A stretch of 64,000 nt of DNA, from NCBI GenBank assembly GCA_963741955.1, contig CAVUKB010000006.1, positions 192,001 to 256,000 on the forward strand, written 5' to 3'. The translations under genes were made by a program, and so were the position numbers. This document shows, in pieces, positions 29,687 to 39,155 of this stretch (the stretch's first letter is position 1; every line of letters begins with the position of its first letter). This stretch comes from an uncultured Acidobacteriota bacterium (GTDB taxonomy: Bacteria; Acidobacteriota; Thermoanaerobaculia; Gp7-AA8). The notes below the pieces were generated by a model. It ran no database searches. It saw only the letters and a list, made by a program, of their open reading frames with translations, and was not told the origin of the DNA.

Positions 29687-30844
29687 TCAGGTGGCGGGAA
29701 GGATGCGGATCGGCGATCCGTCCTTCAGCCCCCCCTGGCCGGCGACGATCACCTTTTCGCCAGACCTGACCCCCGAAAGGACTTCGACCCGGTCTCCCTC
29801 TTCGATCCCCAGGCTGACGGCGCGTTTTCTCGCGGTGGCCCCGTCGGCGACGAATACATGGGCCTCCTGGAGCTCGCGGATCACCGACTCGCGCGGAAGG
29901 AGGAGTGCCTTCGGGTGCGTCTCACGCACGATGTCGATGGTGACGAACGTGCCCGGACGCACCGCCGCCGGCGGACGGAGAGCGACGACTTTGAGCTTCA
30001 CGGTGCCGGTTGCAGTGTCGACCACGGGGCTGATCTGATCGATCCGACCGTCGAAGCGGATGCGTTCGTCGGCCTTGAGCGTGATTCGCACTTTCCGTCC
30101 CTCGTCGAGACCGAAGACGTCACGCTCCGGAAGGTAGATCCAAGCGATCAGCGGATCGAAATCCGAGAGAGTGAAGAGCTCCGCGCCCGCCGCGACGTGC
30201 TGGCCGAGCTGCACTTTGCGCTCGGTGATCCTTCCGTCGAAAGGAGCGCGGATGATGGTCTTGCCGAGCATCCATTCCGCTTCCGCGAGCTCCTGCTCCG
30301 CCACTTCCTTCTCCATCTTGGCTTTGTCGTAATCGGTCCGGCTCAGGAGGTCCTTCGCAGCCATCTCACTCGCCCGCTGGAACGTGACCCGGGCGTTATT
30401 CGCCTGAACCCGAGCCTTGGTGTACGCGATCTCCGCGTCGTCTTTCGCCAGTCGAACCAGAGGCTGGCCGCGCCGGACCATCGCCCCCTCGTCGACCAGG
30501 AGATCGGAGACCCGCCCGTCCGCTTCGGCGATCACCTTGACCTCCTGGTCGGCAATCAGGTTGGCTGTCGCCGAGAGGTAGGAGGAGACGGGTGCGACGG
30601 CGACGCCGGCGACCTTGACCGGAACCGCTTCCTTTTCCTTCCCGTTGGTCGAACCGTTCTTCCCAGTGGCGGCCGCGGCGGCGGCGCTCGTGTTGTTCGG
30701 ATCGCTCTGCTTTCCGCCGGATCCCTTCATCCAGAACGCGGCTGCGACGGCGATGATCGCGATGAGTGCCACCACGGCCGTCGGAACGAGAATCCGCGGT
30801 CGCATCAACGGTGAATTCATAGGCGCTTCCAGTCGTGCTTCCAT
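29687..30844 (-). CDS. RND membrane fusion (periplasmic adaptor) protein
   Basis: N-terminal TM, IRAPFDG, SPVVDTATGTVK; GGAGG RBS. Confidence 0.93.
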   Translation of the reverse strand: MEARLEAPMNSPLMRPRILVPTAVVALIAIIAVAAAFWMKGSGGKQSDPNNTSAAAAAATGKNGSTNGKEKEAVPVKVAGVAVAPVSSYLSATANLIADQEVKVIAEADGRVSDLLVDEGAMVRRGQPLVRLAKDDAEIAYTKARVQANNARVTFQRASEMAAKDLLSRTDYDKAKMEKEVAEQELAEAEWMLGKTIIRAPFDGRITERKVQLGQHVAAGAELFTLSDFDPLIAWIYLPERDVFGLDEGRKVRITLKADERIRFDGRIDQISPVVDTATGTVKLKVVALRPPAAVRPGTFVTIDIVRETHPKALLLPRESVIRELQEAHVFVADGATARKRAVSLGIEEGDRVEVLSGVRSGEKVIVAGQGGLKDGSPIRILPAT

Positions 30845-31191
30845 CTCAAAACCTCCCGGCCAGGTACTTCCCGGGAGGTATGTACGGATTACGATTCAGA
30901 AAGTTCGCACGGACGAAACGGTGAGTGGTGAGTGAGGGCGGGAGTGGCGTTGGGGGAGCGCGGATCTCGCTTCGGGGGATCCGCCGGCACGATCGGAGGC
31001 TTCGAGATCAGGACAGGCGCCGCGGCTTCCGCCGCGGCCGGCACGGCAGAAGCCATGCCGCCCCACTGGCAAAAGCGACTTGCGCAAGGCTGCGCTTCAA
31101 TGATGCCGGGGAGCGCATGTGCTGCGATCTGCGCGGCGGATTGCGAATCCGCATTCCAGGAACGGAGGAGGGGCGCCGCGGCGAACCGAGG

Positions 31192-31500
31192 CTACTTCTC
31201 GCCGAACATCGTCCGGATCCTCGTTGCGAGGTCCGGATCCGGGATCTCCTCGGCGATCTCCCCCGCAAATGTCCGCAACTGTTCCCGATTCACGTCCGGT
31301 TCGCTGCGAAACCGCCGGCGGAGCACGCTCACGGCGAGTGCGAATTTCGTGGTCGAGAGAGTCGCGAGTCCGGGAAGCTCCGCGAGCAACCGTTCCAGCG
31401 GCCGCTCTTCGAGCATCTTCGCGAACTCGGCCATCTCCAGAAATGTCGCCGCCCGCGTGCCGCGGCGGATCAGAGTCGTGTCCAGCTCTTCCGCGTTCAT
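31192..31500 (-). CDS. Hypothetical helical protein
   Basis: MNAEELDTTL...; ATGA overlap with the upstream small gene. Confidence 0.6.
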   Translation of the reverse strand: MNAEELDTTLIRRGTRAATFLEMAEFAKMLEERPLERLLAELPGLATLSTTKFALAVSVLRRRFRSEPDVNREQLRTFAGEIAEEIPDPDLATRIRTMFGEK

Positions 31501-31727
31501 TTCCGTTTCCGCGAGCTCTGGTCGCTCTCGTGGCGCCGCTCTTCGGCCTTCTTCTCCATCTCGCTCTTCGATTCCGAGCCCGGCAGCCTCCTCTTTCCTT
31601 CCCGCTGCTCGCGTTCGCGCGTCTTCTCCATCTCCTGCCGGTGAAACTTCTGCACCGTCTCTTCCCCCTGCCGGGTGCTTCCCTTCGTCTTGTATTGATT
31701 CGGATGAACGTTCTTCTTCAGAGTCAT
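31497..31727 (-). CDS. Small hydrophilic, highly charged protein
   Basis: GGGAGG RBS; MTLKKNVHPNQYKTKGSTRQGE..., 76 aa. Confidence 0.6.
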   Translation of the reverse strand: MTLKKNVHPNQYKTKGSTRQGEETVQKFHRQEMEKTREREQREGKRRLPGSESKSEMEKKAEERRHESDQSSRKRK

Positions 31728-31806
31728 TGCGTCCTCCCGTGCGAGGGCTGGTTGCCCGTCGTGGCGAAAGATGCGAGGGATATGCCGTTCGCCTGTCTCT
31801 CTCCAA

Positions 31807-33807
31807 TTACGGCTCCTGCGCACCCTCGAACGGCGCTGTCGCGACCCGGAACAGCCCCCACATCACTGCGGCGAGGAGCACCAGGCCGATGAAATTGAAG
31901 TGGTGTGTGCCCCAGAATGCCAGCACGTCCGAGCGCCCCGCCAGCACGATCGGAATCGCCATTCCGATTCCGATGAGCGCTTCGCCGGTGATCAGCCCCG
32001 CCGCGAAAAGAAGGCCGTGACGGTCGCCAGTCGTGCGCGCTTCGGCCAGGCGGAGCTGCAGTGATTCGTCCGCCTGGGTGTTGCGCCGTTCGAACGCCCG
32101 TCCCGCCGCCCAGGCGATCATTCCGCCGAGGAAGATGGGGACTTCGAGCTCGAGGGGAAGATAGATCCCGACCGCGACCGCGAGCACCGGAGTCCGGAAC
32201 GCGCTCCCGCGTCTCTCCAGCCAGAGATCGAGAAGGATGACTGCGACCGCGATCCCCATCCCGATGGTGACCATGTCCCACGGAAGCCCGCCGTGGAAAA
32301 CACCTTCCGCAACTGCAGCCATCAGAGTTGCCTGCGGTGCAGTGAGAGGATTCGGATGCGCAGGGGTCGGGCTTCCGATTCCGTACGCCTTCAACAGAAG
32401 AGAGAGGACCGGAGCCATCACCACTGCGGCCACCACCACTCCCACCGATTGCATGATCTGCTGCTTGACCGGCGTCGCACCGAGAATGTACCCGGACTTC
32501 AGATCCTGCATGTTGTCGCCGGCGATCGCTGCAGCGCAGCAGACGACGGCGCCGATGAAGATCGCCGACGCGGGGCCGGCAGGATTCCCGTGCCCCATCA
32601 GGAGAAGAAGGAGCAGCGCCGCGGTGAGAAGCGTCGCGATGGTCACCCCGGAGATCGGGTTGTTCGAGGAGCCGACCAGCCCGGCCATGTATCCGGCCAC
32701 CGCGGAGAAGAGGAATCCCGCGATGATCATGATGAAGGCCATGAACGCCGCGATCCCGATGCTGCGGGTGAAGTACCAGAAGATCAGAAAGAGAGGGATG
32801 ATCGAGACGGCGGTCGCGACACCGACCCACTGCATGGGGAGGTCGCGTTCGGTCCGGAGGGTTTCCTCTCCGCCTCCGCTTCGCATCCGGCGATAGGCTT
32901 CCATCCCCGAGCGGATGCCGCTGACGAGACTCTTCCGGAGACGGATCAGGGCCCACAGACCGCCGACGACCATCGCCCCGACTCCCAGGTAGCGCGTCTG
33001 CGCCGACCAGATCGCGTTCGCCGCATCTGCCGCGGAGACTCCTCCCTGCAGCGGCTGCATCGCGGCGATGATCGGGATGGCGACGAGCCAGTTCACCGCA
33101 CCCCCGAGGAAGATGAGAATCGAGATGTTCAGCCCGACGATGTAACCGACCGCCAGGAGCGCCGGAGAGAGATTGGTTCCGAAGTATCCGATCGAACGAC
33201 CGAAGTAGGTGGCACGCTCGACCGCTCCGTCCCAGAAACGAAAGCCGGTCTCACCGAGCTTGAAGAGCGCGCCGATCAGTCCTGCGATCGAGATGAACTT
33301 CACTCCCGAACCGCCACTCTCCCCGACCTTCAGCACTTCCGCGGTGGCCACGCCTTCCGGGAACTGAAGCGGATGCTCGACGATCAGAGCGCGCCGGAGG
33401 GGGATGGTGAAGAGGACACCGAGAAGTCCTCCGAATCCCGCGATCATCGTCGTCTCCCAGTAGTCGAACTCCTTCCACACACCAAGAAGGACGAGCGCCG
33501 GAATGGTGAAGATCACGCCGGCCGCGAGGCTCTCGCCGGCCGAGGCCGCGGTCTGCACGATGTTGTTCTCCAGAATCGTCGAACCGCGGAACAACCTCAG
33601 GATGCCCATCGACAGGACGGCCGCCGGAATGGAAGCTGAGACCGTCATGCCGGCGAAGAGGCCGAGGTAGGCATTCGCTGCGCCGAGAATCACCGAAAGA
33701 ATCGCGCCGAGAAGCACGGACTTGACCGTGATCTCGGCGATTGATGCCGAGGGGGCAACCCAGGGTTGCGGGGTCGCGGGCTCGACCCGGGGCTGTGGTC
33801 GTGACAT
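31807..33807 (-). CDS. OPT-family oligopeptide transporter
   Basis: ANAYLGLFAGMTVSASIPA, FPEGVATAEVL, DNMQDLKSG, APQATLM. Confidence 0.95.
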   Translation of the reverse strand: MSRPQPRVEPATPQPWVAPSASIAEITVKSVLLGAILSVILGAANAYLGLFAGMTVSASIPAAVLSMGILRLFRGSTILENNIVQTAASAGESLAAGVIFTIPALVLLGVWKEFDYWETTMIAGFGGLLGVLFTIPLRRALIVEHPLQFPEGVATAEVLKVGESGGSGVKFISIAGLIGALFKLGETGFRFWDGAVERATYFGRSIGYFGTNLSPALLAVGYIVGLNISILIFLGGAVNWLVAIPIIAAMQPLQGGVSAADAANAIWSAQTRYLGVGAMVVGGLWALIRLRKSLVSGIRSGMEAYRRMRSGGGEETLRTERDLPMQWVGVATAVSIIPLFLIFWYFTRSIGIAAFMAFIMIIAGFLFSAVAGYMAGLVGSSNNPISGVTIATLLTAALLLLLLMGHGNPAGPASAIFIGAVVCCAAAIAGDNMQDLKSGYILGATPVKQQIMQSVGVVVAAVVMAPVLSLLLKAYGIGSPTPAHPNPLTAPQATLMAAVAEGVFHGGLPWDMVTIGMGIAVAVILLDLWLERRGSAFRTPVLAVAVGIYLPLELEVPIFLGGMIAWAAGRAFERRNTQADESLQLRLAEARTTGDRHGLLFAAGLITGEALIGIGMAIPIVLAGRSDVLAFWGTHHFNFIGLVLLAAVMWGLFRVATAPFEGAQEP

Positions 33808-33869
33808 GGCTCCTCCCTGCTCGGCCCGGATGTGTGCGAGGGATGTGCCGGAGAAGGAGAGGCATCGGA

Positions 33870-33977
33870 GATCTGTTATCTGATATCTATTATCAGATGC
33901 TTTATTAAGGATAGTTTAGATATCAACGATTCTCATACTCTAATCAGATAATAGGTAATAGATAATAGATAATAGAT
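33870..33977. repeat. AT-rich inverted heptamer repeat patch
   Basis: TATCTGT/TATCTGA/TATCTAT-like units on the left and ATAGATA-type units on the right; includes the palindrome ATCTGATA-N5-TATCAGAT. Confidence 0.6.
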
Positions 33978-33981
33978 GCTT

Positions 33982-34581
33982 TTAAGCGAACGCGTAGCCG
34001 CGGATGACGAACCGCAGTGGCCAGTGGGCGGCCTCTCCGGCGTAATCCACTCCAATTCGTGGCGTTACGGCGATGTCGTCGTCGCTGAGCTCGATGTCTC
34101 GAGGAGTGATGAAGAGCTCGTGACCATCCAGAGGCGCGCCATTGAGTGCCCGGTCGATGCCGAGCGCCATGCAGAGCTTGCCCGGGCCGTTCATCAGATC
34201 GATCTCCCGGCGTGCCTTCGCCCGGTTCGCCTGAATCCTCTCGAGCCCGTGCAGCGGTTGCGCCGCTCGAAGGAGGACCGCCTCCGCGGTGTCCTCTTCC
34301 TGGGTCACGACGTTCACGCAGTGGTACATCCCATACGTGAAGTAGACGTACGCATGGCCCCCTTCGAGATACATCGCTTCGTTGCGCTTCGAGCGGAGTC
34401 CACGGCGGGCGTGACTCGCCGGGTCATTCGCGCCGAGGTAGGCCTCGGTCTCCACGATCCTCCCCGCCAGAAACTCTCCCTCCTCGAGACGACGCCACAG
34501 AATGCAGCCGAGGAGCGCGCGCGCGACCGCGACCGTGTCGTCGCGATAGAAGCTTCGCGGCAACGGGCGCGGCGGCTTCAT
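33982..34581 (-). CDS. mpg: DNA-3-methyladenine glycosylase (AAG/MPG family)
   Basis: GRIVETEAY, YVYFTYGMYHCVNVV, NGPGKLC, PRIGV. Confidence 0.95.
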   Translation of the reverse strand: MKPPRPLPRSFYRDDTVAVARALLGCILWRRLEEGEFLAGRIVETEAYLGANDPASHARRGLRSKRNEAMYLEGGHAYVYFTYGMYHCVNVVTQEEDTAEAVLLRAAQPLHGLERIQANRAKARREIDLMNGPGKLCMALGIDRALNGAPLDGHELFITPRDIELSDDDIAVTPRIGVDYAGEAAHWPLRFVIRGYAFA

Positions 34582-35390
34582 CGATCGAGCTGTTCCTCGC
34601 GCGTGTAGCGGTTGATCATCGAGAGGAGAGGAGCGTGGACGCCGGCCGGGGCGCCTAGGATGTTGCCGCGCTCCCAGAAGCTCTCCCCTCCGGAGAAGTC
34701 GGTGACGACGCCTCCCGCTTCGCGCACCAGCAGTCCTCCCGCGGCGATGTCCCACGGAGCGAGGTGCAGCTCGAAGAATCCGTCGAAGACGCCGGCCGCG
34801 GTGTAGGCGAGATCGAGCGCTGCCGAGCCCGCGCGGCGCACTCCCTTCACCGTGGAGATCACGTCGCGAAAGATGTCGGTGTAGATGCCGACGAACTTCT
34901 GCGCGCGGAACGGAAAACCGGTGGCGATGAACGCTCCTTCGAGACTTCCCTGATCCGAGACCTGCATCGGCTCACCGTTGCGGAACGCCCCGGCGCCTTT
35001 CTCGGCAGTGAAGAGCTCTCCGCGAAGGGGCTCGTAGATCACGGCCGCGACCATCTCGCGATCCTTCTTCAACCCGATCGAGATGCACCAGAAGGGAAAA
35101 TGTTGAAGGTAGTTCGACGTCCCGTCGAGCGGGTCGATGATCCAGGTCAGTCCCGACCCTGTCTCTTCCGTCGCCGCACGGGCACCCGCTTCCTCGCCGA
35201 GGAATGACGCTTCGGGTGACGCCTCTCTGAGATACCGGACGATCGCCTCTTCACTTTCGCGATCCGCTTTCGAGACCCAGTCGTTGCGTCCCTTGAGGTC
35301 GGCGTCCTCTTTTCCGAGCTGCTGCCAATGCCGGGTCAGAACCTCGGCGCCGATCCGCGCTGCGCCGGTAGCGATTTCGACTGGATTCAA
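34578..35390 (-). CDS. suhB: Inositol monophosphatase family protein
   Basis: GEE, WIIDPLDGTSNY, GSAALDLAY, PWDIAAG; TTG start after GGAGG. Confidence 0.9.
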   Translation of the reverse strand: MNPVEIATGAARIGAEVLTRHWQQLGKEDADLKGRNDWVSKADRESEEAIVRYLREASPEASFLGEEAGARAATEETGSGLTWIIDPLDGTSNYLQHFPFWCISIGLKKDREMVAAVIYEPLRGELFTAEKGAGAFRNGEPMQVSDQGSLEGAFIATGFPFRAQKFVGIYTDIFRDVISTVKGVRRAGSAALDLAYTAAGVFDGFFELHLAPWDIAAGGLLVREAGGVVTDFSGGESFWERGNILGAPAGVHAPLLSMINRYTREEQLDR

Positions 35391-35484
35391 AAGGCCTCCT
35401 CCGATCACGTCTCGCGCCGCAGCGATCCGCGCGCGCGAGGAAGATGCATTGTACGACCTGCTTCCGCGGCGTCCAGAGGCTTAT

Positions 35485-37365
35485 TCACGGCTTTCGTCGC
35501 GAGGAGTGCGAGGCGGGCCTCGATGCTGCGCCGCCACCGGGACTCTGAGGAGCGCGTTCCCATCCGATGAAGTCGAAACGCAATCCGAGCGCGCGGTGGT
35601 CACTCGAAGGTCCGACGCGTGCCGGAACGATCGTGGTCGAAGTCTCGATCTCCAGCTCGTTCGGCCCGTTGGCCGTTCCGTCGACGACGTATTGGGCCGA
35701 AACGCGCGACGAATGCGGAGTGATGCTCTCGAGCGGGTGTCCGTTGAACCGGAGACGGATCACGGGCGAGTCCTTCATCGCTTCTTCCGGCAGCCAGAAC
35801 TCGAGGTGTATGACGTGTCGCCCCGAGACGTGAGGGAAGAGAACCCGCCCGCGCGAAGACATCCAGACCCACGTTTCGGTCGGGGTCGATTCGACCGGCC
35901 AGAATCCTTCCGCGAACTGCGGAATCTGCGACAGCGGAGCGACCGACGCACTGAAGAAGCGGCGTCGTCGAGTGATGCGATCGAGACGCCTGAACGCCCT
36001 TCGGAAGACGATGGAATCGAGGTTCCGGGGGGACTCTGCATAGAGGTACGCCTTGCGTCTTCCGCTCAGCACCAGAGAAGCATCCGAATCCCGCCGGAGG
36101 CTCACGCGATGAAAGTCGTCGAGCAGGTAGTCGGCGAACGGTCGGATCGAAGGCGACACGAGGACGACCGCATCCGTTTGTCGGGCATGCGAGCGAATCC
36201 ATTCTGCCGCCGCGACGGGAGGTGATGCCGTCGTGCGGACCGTGTGCAGCGGCGGCATCATCTCGGCTCCGGCGGCGGCGGCGAAGACGAGGACTGCCGC
36301 GGCGTAACTCGAGATGCGGAGTCGTTCGTTCACACGCGCGAAGAGAAGCTGAAGCCCTTCGGCGATTGCGAATCCGAACATGGGAATGTATCCGAGGGAG
36401 TAACGGGCGAAGCACCACGGGTCGAGGCAGATAATGGTCAAAAGGATGTTGAGTCCGAAAACGGCGGAGAGGATCCGTAATGGCCCCGGACGCGTCGCGG
36501 CCCGCGTCAACGCGACCAGAACGAGGAGGGTCAGGAGGAGCGAGCCGTTGCGGGGAAGACCGTAAGGAAGGACGAGCGCGTCCGCGACCCGTTTCCCCAC
36601 CGAGATGCCGGCCGAACCCCAGATGGCGTCGGTATTCCGGACGTACTCGCTTTGGATCCGCACGGCTTCGAAGTAGGCCCCGACCGAACGGCTGGCGAGG
36701 GCGGCCCCCGCGTATGCCACAGACGCCGGGATCGCTGCGAGAAGCAGCGCAGCGAGCACCAGGCGCGTGCGCCCCTTCCGGATCAGCGCGAGACCACTCC
36801 AGACGAACGGGACTGCAGCGACCAGAATGTTCTGGGGCCGCACCGCGATCGCGGCACTGGCGACGAGTGCCCCCCAGACGAACCAACTCGGTCGTTCCCT
36901 TCCCGAGATCAGCAGACCGGCGGCGAGCGCGATCAGCACCATCGAGGGCACGTCGCTGAACCCCGTACCACCGAAGAACCACACCGTGGGAAAGAAGGCC
37001 GTGATCACGGCGCCGCCCCAGGCCGTGGAGACGCGCGCGCCGGCGGAGCGGAAGAGAAAGTACAGAGCCGGGAAGAGCGCGATGGCACACAGGAGCACGA
37101 CTGACTGCAGAGCGCGAAAGTCCGATGGCGTCACCAGACGGAAAAGCTTTCCGAGTGCGATGAAAAGCGGGTAGCCCGGGGGATGGGGTTGATGCAGCGT
37201 GACGTCGAAATTACGTACGCCCGACATGAACTGGATCTCGTCCCAGTCCCACGGCGTCGCAGCTGCGGCGGCAAAGCGGGAGATCCCAACGACCGCCGTG
37301 GTTGCGATCAGCAGAAGTGTCAGGGCGCGGGATCCAGGCTCGCCCTTCTCGATCGTGAGATGCAC
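35485..37365 (-). CDS. Polytopic GT-C/PMT-like glycosyltransferase with periplasmic C-terminal domain
   Basis: WDWDEIQF...HQPHPPGYPLF motif, about 11 TM helices, C-terminal beta domain; start uncertain. Confidence 0.78.
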   Translation of the reverse strand: MHLTIEKGEPGSRALTLLLIATTAVVGISRFAAAAATPWDWDEIQFMSGVRNFDVTLHQPHPPGYPLFIALGKLFRLVTPSDFRALQSVVLLCAIALFPALYFLFRSAGARVSTAWGGAVITAFFPTVWFFGGTGFSDVPSMVLIALAAGLLISGRERPSWFVWGALVASAAIAVRPQNILVAAVPFVWSGLALIRKGRTRLVLAALLLAAIPASVAYAGAALASRSVGAYFEAVRIQSEYVRNTDAIWGSAGISVGKRVADALVLPYGLPRNGSLLLTLLVLVALTRAATRPGPLRILSAVFGLNILLTIICLDPWCFARYSLGYIPMFGFAIAEGLQLLFARVNERLRISSYAAAVLVFAAAAGAEMMPPLHTVRTTASPPVAAAEWIRSHARQTDAVVLVSPSIRPFADYLLDDFHRVSLRRDSDASLVLSGRRKAYLYAESPRNLDSIVFRRAFRRLDRITRRRRFFSASVAPLSQIPQFAEGFWPVESTPTETWVWMSSRGRVLFPHVSGRHVIHLEFWLPEEAMKDSPVIRLRFNGHPLESITPHSSRVSAQYVVDGTANGPNELEIETSTTIVPARVGPSSDHRALGLRFDFIGWERAPQSPGGGAASRPASHSSRRKP

Positions 37366-37464
37366 GCCCGGATGGTACGGGCGCTTTCTGAAAACCGTTG
37401 GTGACATCCCGTGACGCTTTACGTGGGGAACAGGCACGCTCCAACAGCGGCGTTGCGCGGTTCA

Positions 37465-38754
37465 TCAATGACCGACGGTGATCTCCACGCGCACGGTTTT
37501 CGAGCCCATTTGTCCGAACCAGCAGACCTGATTGCTCACGGCGTCGAATTCGAGCGTGTAGATGCCGGGCTCCGCGGGCGCCGGGATCGCCAGATCGACG
37601 CTCACGCTCTCTCCCTCCCGGATCGGCGCACCTTCCACGCCTGCACGGAGCTTCATCCACGCATAGTCGAAGTTCACCAGCTCTCCGTTGCCGCGGAACA
37701 GGTGCGCCGCCAGTGAGACGCCCCCGCGCGGTACCTCCGACGGAAGCCACGCCGGCGCACCGGCGTTGGTGACCGTCGCGCGACCTCGAATCGTCTCTCC
37801 CACCCGTACCGTCGTCGAGTCGACGCTGATCTCGATCGTAGCACGCAGACCTTCGGGGCGGCGGCTGTCACCGGGGCCACGCTCCCCCTTCCGGAGGAAG
37901 AAGTCGCGGACGTTCGAGAGAAACTGGCGCGTCAGATCGATGTAGTGGATGCTCGTCTCGCCTCCGTCGACGAGATCGCGGTACCCGTCGAGCGGAACGT
38001 GGAACGGCGCTGCGTTGAAACCGGCCAGACGGAGATCGCTGAATCCAGCCGCCTGCGCCATCCTCCAGATGTCTTCGACCACCACGTCGTTCTCCAGCAC
38101 CTTGAACGTCTTCATTTCGAACTGCGACTGCGGCGCCCGCGAATGACGCGGGCCCGGCTCTGCAAACGCCGCGATCCCGCCGTCGACCAGAACGCGTGAC
38201 ATCTCCCACAGCACCTCCTGAGGATTCGGTACGTGATGGAAGGCGTCGAACGAGAGGATCCGATCGACCGAGGAATCAGGGAGCGGGATGTGCCGGCCAT
38301 CGAAGACGACGAACTCGGGCGGAATCGAGTCACCGATCACCGGCCGCTTCGCGTACAGCTCCTTCCCGATCGCCAGTGCGGTGGGAGAGACGTCGAGCGC
38401 AATCGCCCTGCAGCCGAGCTGAGAGAAAATATGCGAGGCCCAGCAGCTCCCGGCGGCGAAGTCGAGCACCGTCATCCCGGGAACCAGCTCCATCCCCTGA
38501 ATCATCACCGCGAAATTGATCAGCAGCTGAGGGACATCCTCGATCCGGCTGAAGGGTTTGGTGAGGTGGTCCTTCCATTCCGTGAGGCGGGAGAAATACT
38601 CCTCGGCCGTCTGCCGGAGCGCGTCGACCGAGTGCTCCTTCATCAGGTCGGCGGGCGAGAGGTAGTCGTCCGGGATCTCGAGGACCTTCGGATGTCCGCC
38701 GTGGCGAACGGCTTTTGAAGCGACCCAGAGACGCAGCCTTCCGAGCAGTGGCAT
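37465..38754 (-). CDS. SAM-dependent methyltransferase with C-terminal Ig-like domain
   Basis: VLDFAAGSCW, FDAFHH; C-terminal VTNAG...PGIYTLEFD beta sandwich. Confidence 0.85.
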   Translation of the reverse strand: MPLLGRLRLWVASKAVRHGGHPKVLEIPDDYLSPADLMKEHSVDALRQTAEEYFSRLTEWKDHLTKPFSRIEDVPQLLINFAVMIQGMELVPGMTVLDFAAGSCWASHIFSQLGCRAIALDVSPTALAIGKELYAKRPVIGDSIPPEFVVFDGRHIPLPDSSVDRILSFDAFHHVPNPQEVLWEMSRVLVDGGIAAFAEPGPRHSRAPQSQFEMKTFKVLENDVVVEDIWRMAQAAGFSDLRLAGFNAAPFHVPLDGYRDLVDGGETSIHYIDLTRQFLSNVRDFFLRKGERGPGDSRRPEGLRATIEISVDSTTVRVGETIRGRATVTNAGAPAWLPSEVPRGGVSLAAHLFRGNGELVNFDYAWMKLRAGVEGAPIREGESVSVDLAIPAPAEPGIYTLEFDAVSNQVCWFGQMGSKTVRVEITVGH

Positions 38755-38767
38755 CGGGGAAGTGTAG

Positions 38768-38844
38768 TCGAGGATCGGGGGTCGGGGATCAGGGGTCGGG
38801 GATCGAGGATCGAGGATCGGGGGTCGGGGATCGGGGGTCGGGGG
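38768..38844. repeat. Heptamer simple repeat (GGATCGG/GGGTCGG/GGATCGA)
   Basis: About 11 degenerate heptamers directly visible. Confidence 0.75.
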
Positions 38845-38846
38845 CA

Positions 38847-38932
38847 GCCCCGTAGGGGCGTTTGACAATAGCCCAGGACGCAGTCCTGGGATTTCTTGGC
38901 CGGAGCACCACGCCCGACAGCCCCGTAGGGGC
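38847..38932. repeat. Tripartite hairpin REP-like element, copy 2 (opposite orientation)
   Basis: GCCCCGTAGGGGC - 12 nt - CCCAGGACGCAGTCCTGGG - 29 nt - GCCCCGTAGGGGC. Confidence 0.65.
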
Positions 38933-38966
38933 GATTGAACAAACCTCCATGCATGGAGCGCCGCAA

Positions 38967-39010
38967 AGAATAATATTCGTTGATCGCCGACGGAGACAGA
39001 ATAATATTCT
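38967..39010. promoter_or_regulatory. Pair of 13-bp palindromes, candidate operator
   Basis: AGAATAATATTCG (38967) and AGAATAATATTCT (38998) in the divergent intergenic region. Confidence 0.5.
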
Positions 39011-39155
39011 CTTCAGAGGCCATCACACCGAACGATAATCCATCGCGACGCCCAATCCCCGATCGCACTTCCGCGATTGCCGGCCACGGATCCGACACCC
39101 TCCCCGGATCTGCTAGAATCGCCGCACTCTACAGCACGCGAACGAGAGTCGTGGA

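Noticed and set aside
38755-38868. N-terminal PDPRPPIL-repeat extension of the methyltransferase
   Set aside because: Translation of an intergenic heptamer repeat; ATG at 38754 is the more plausible start.
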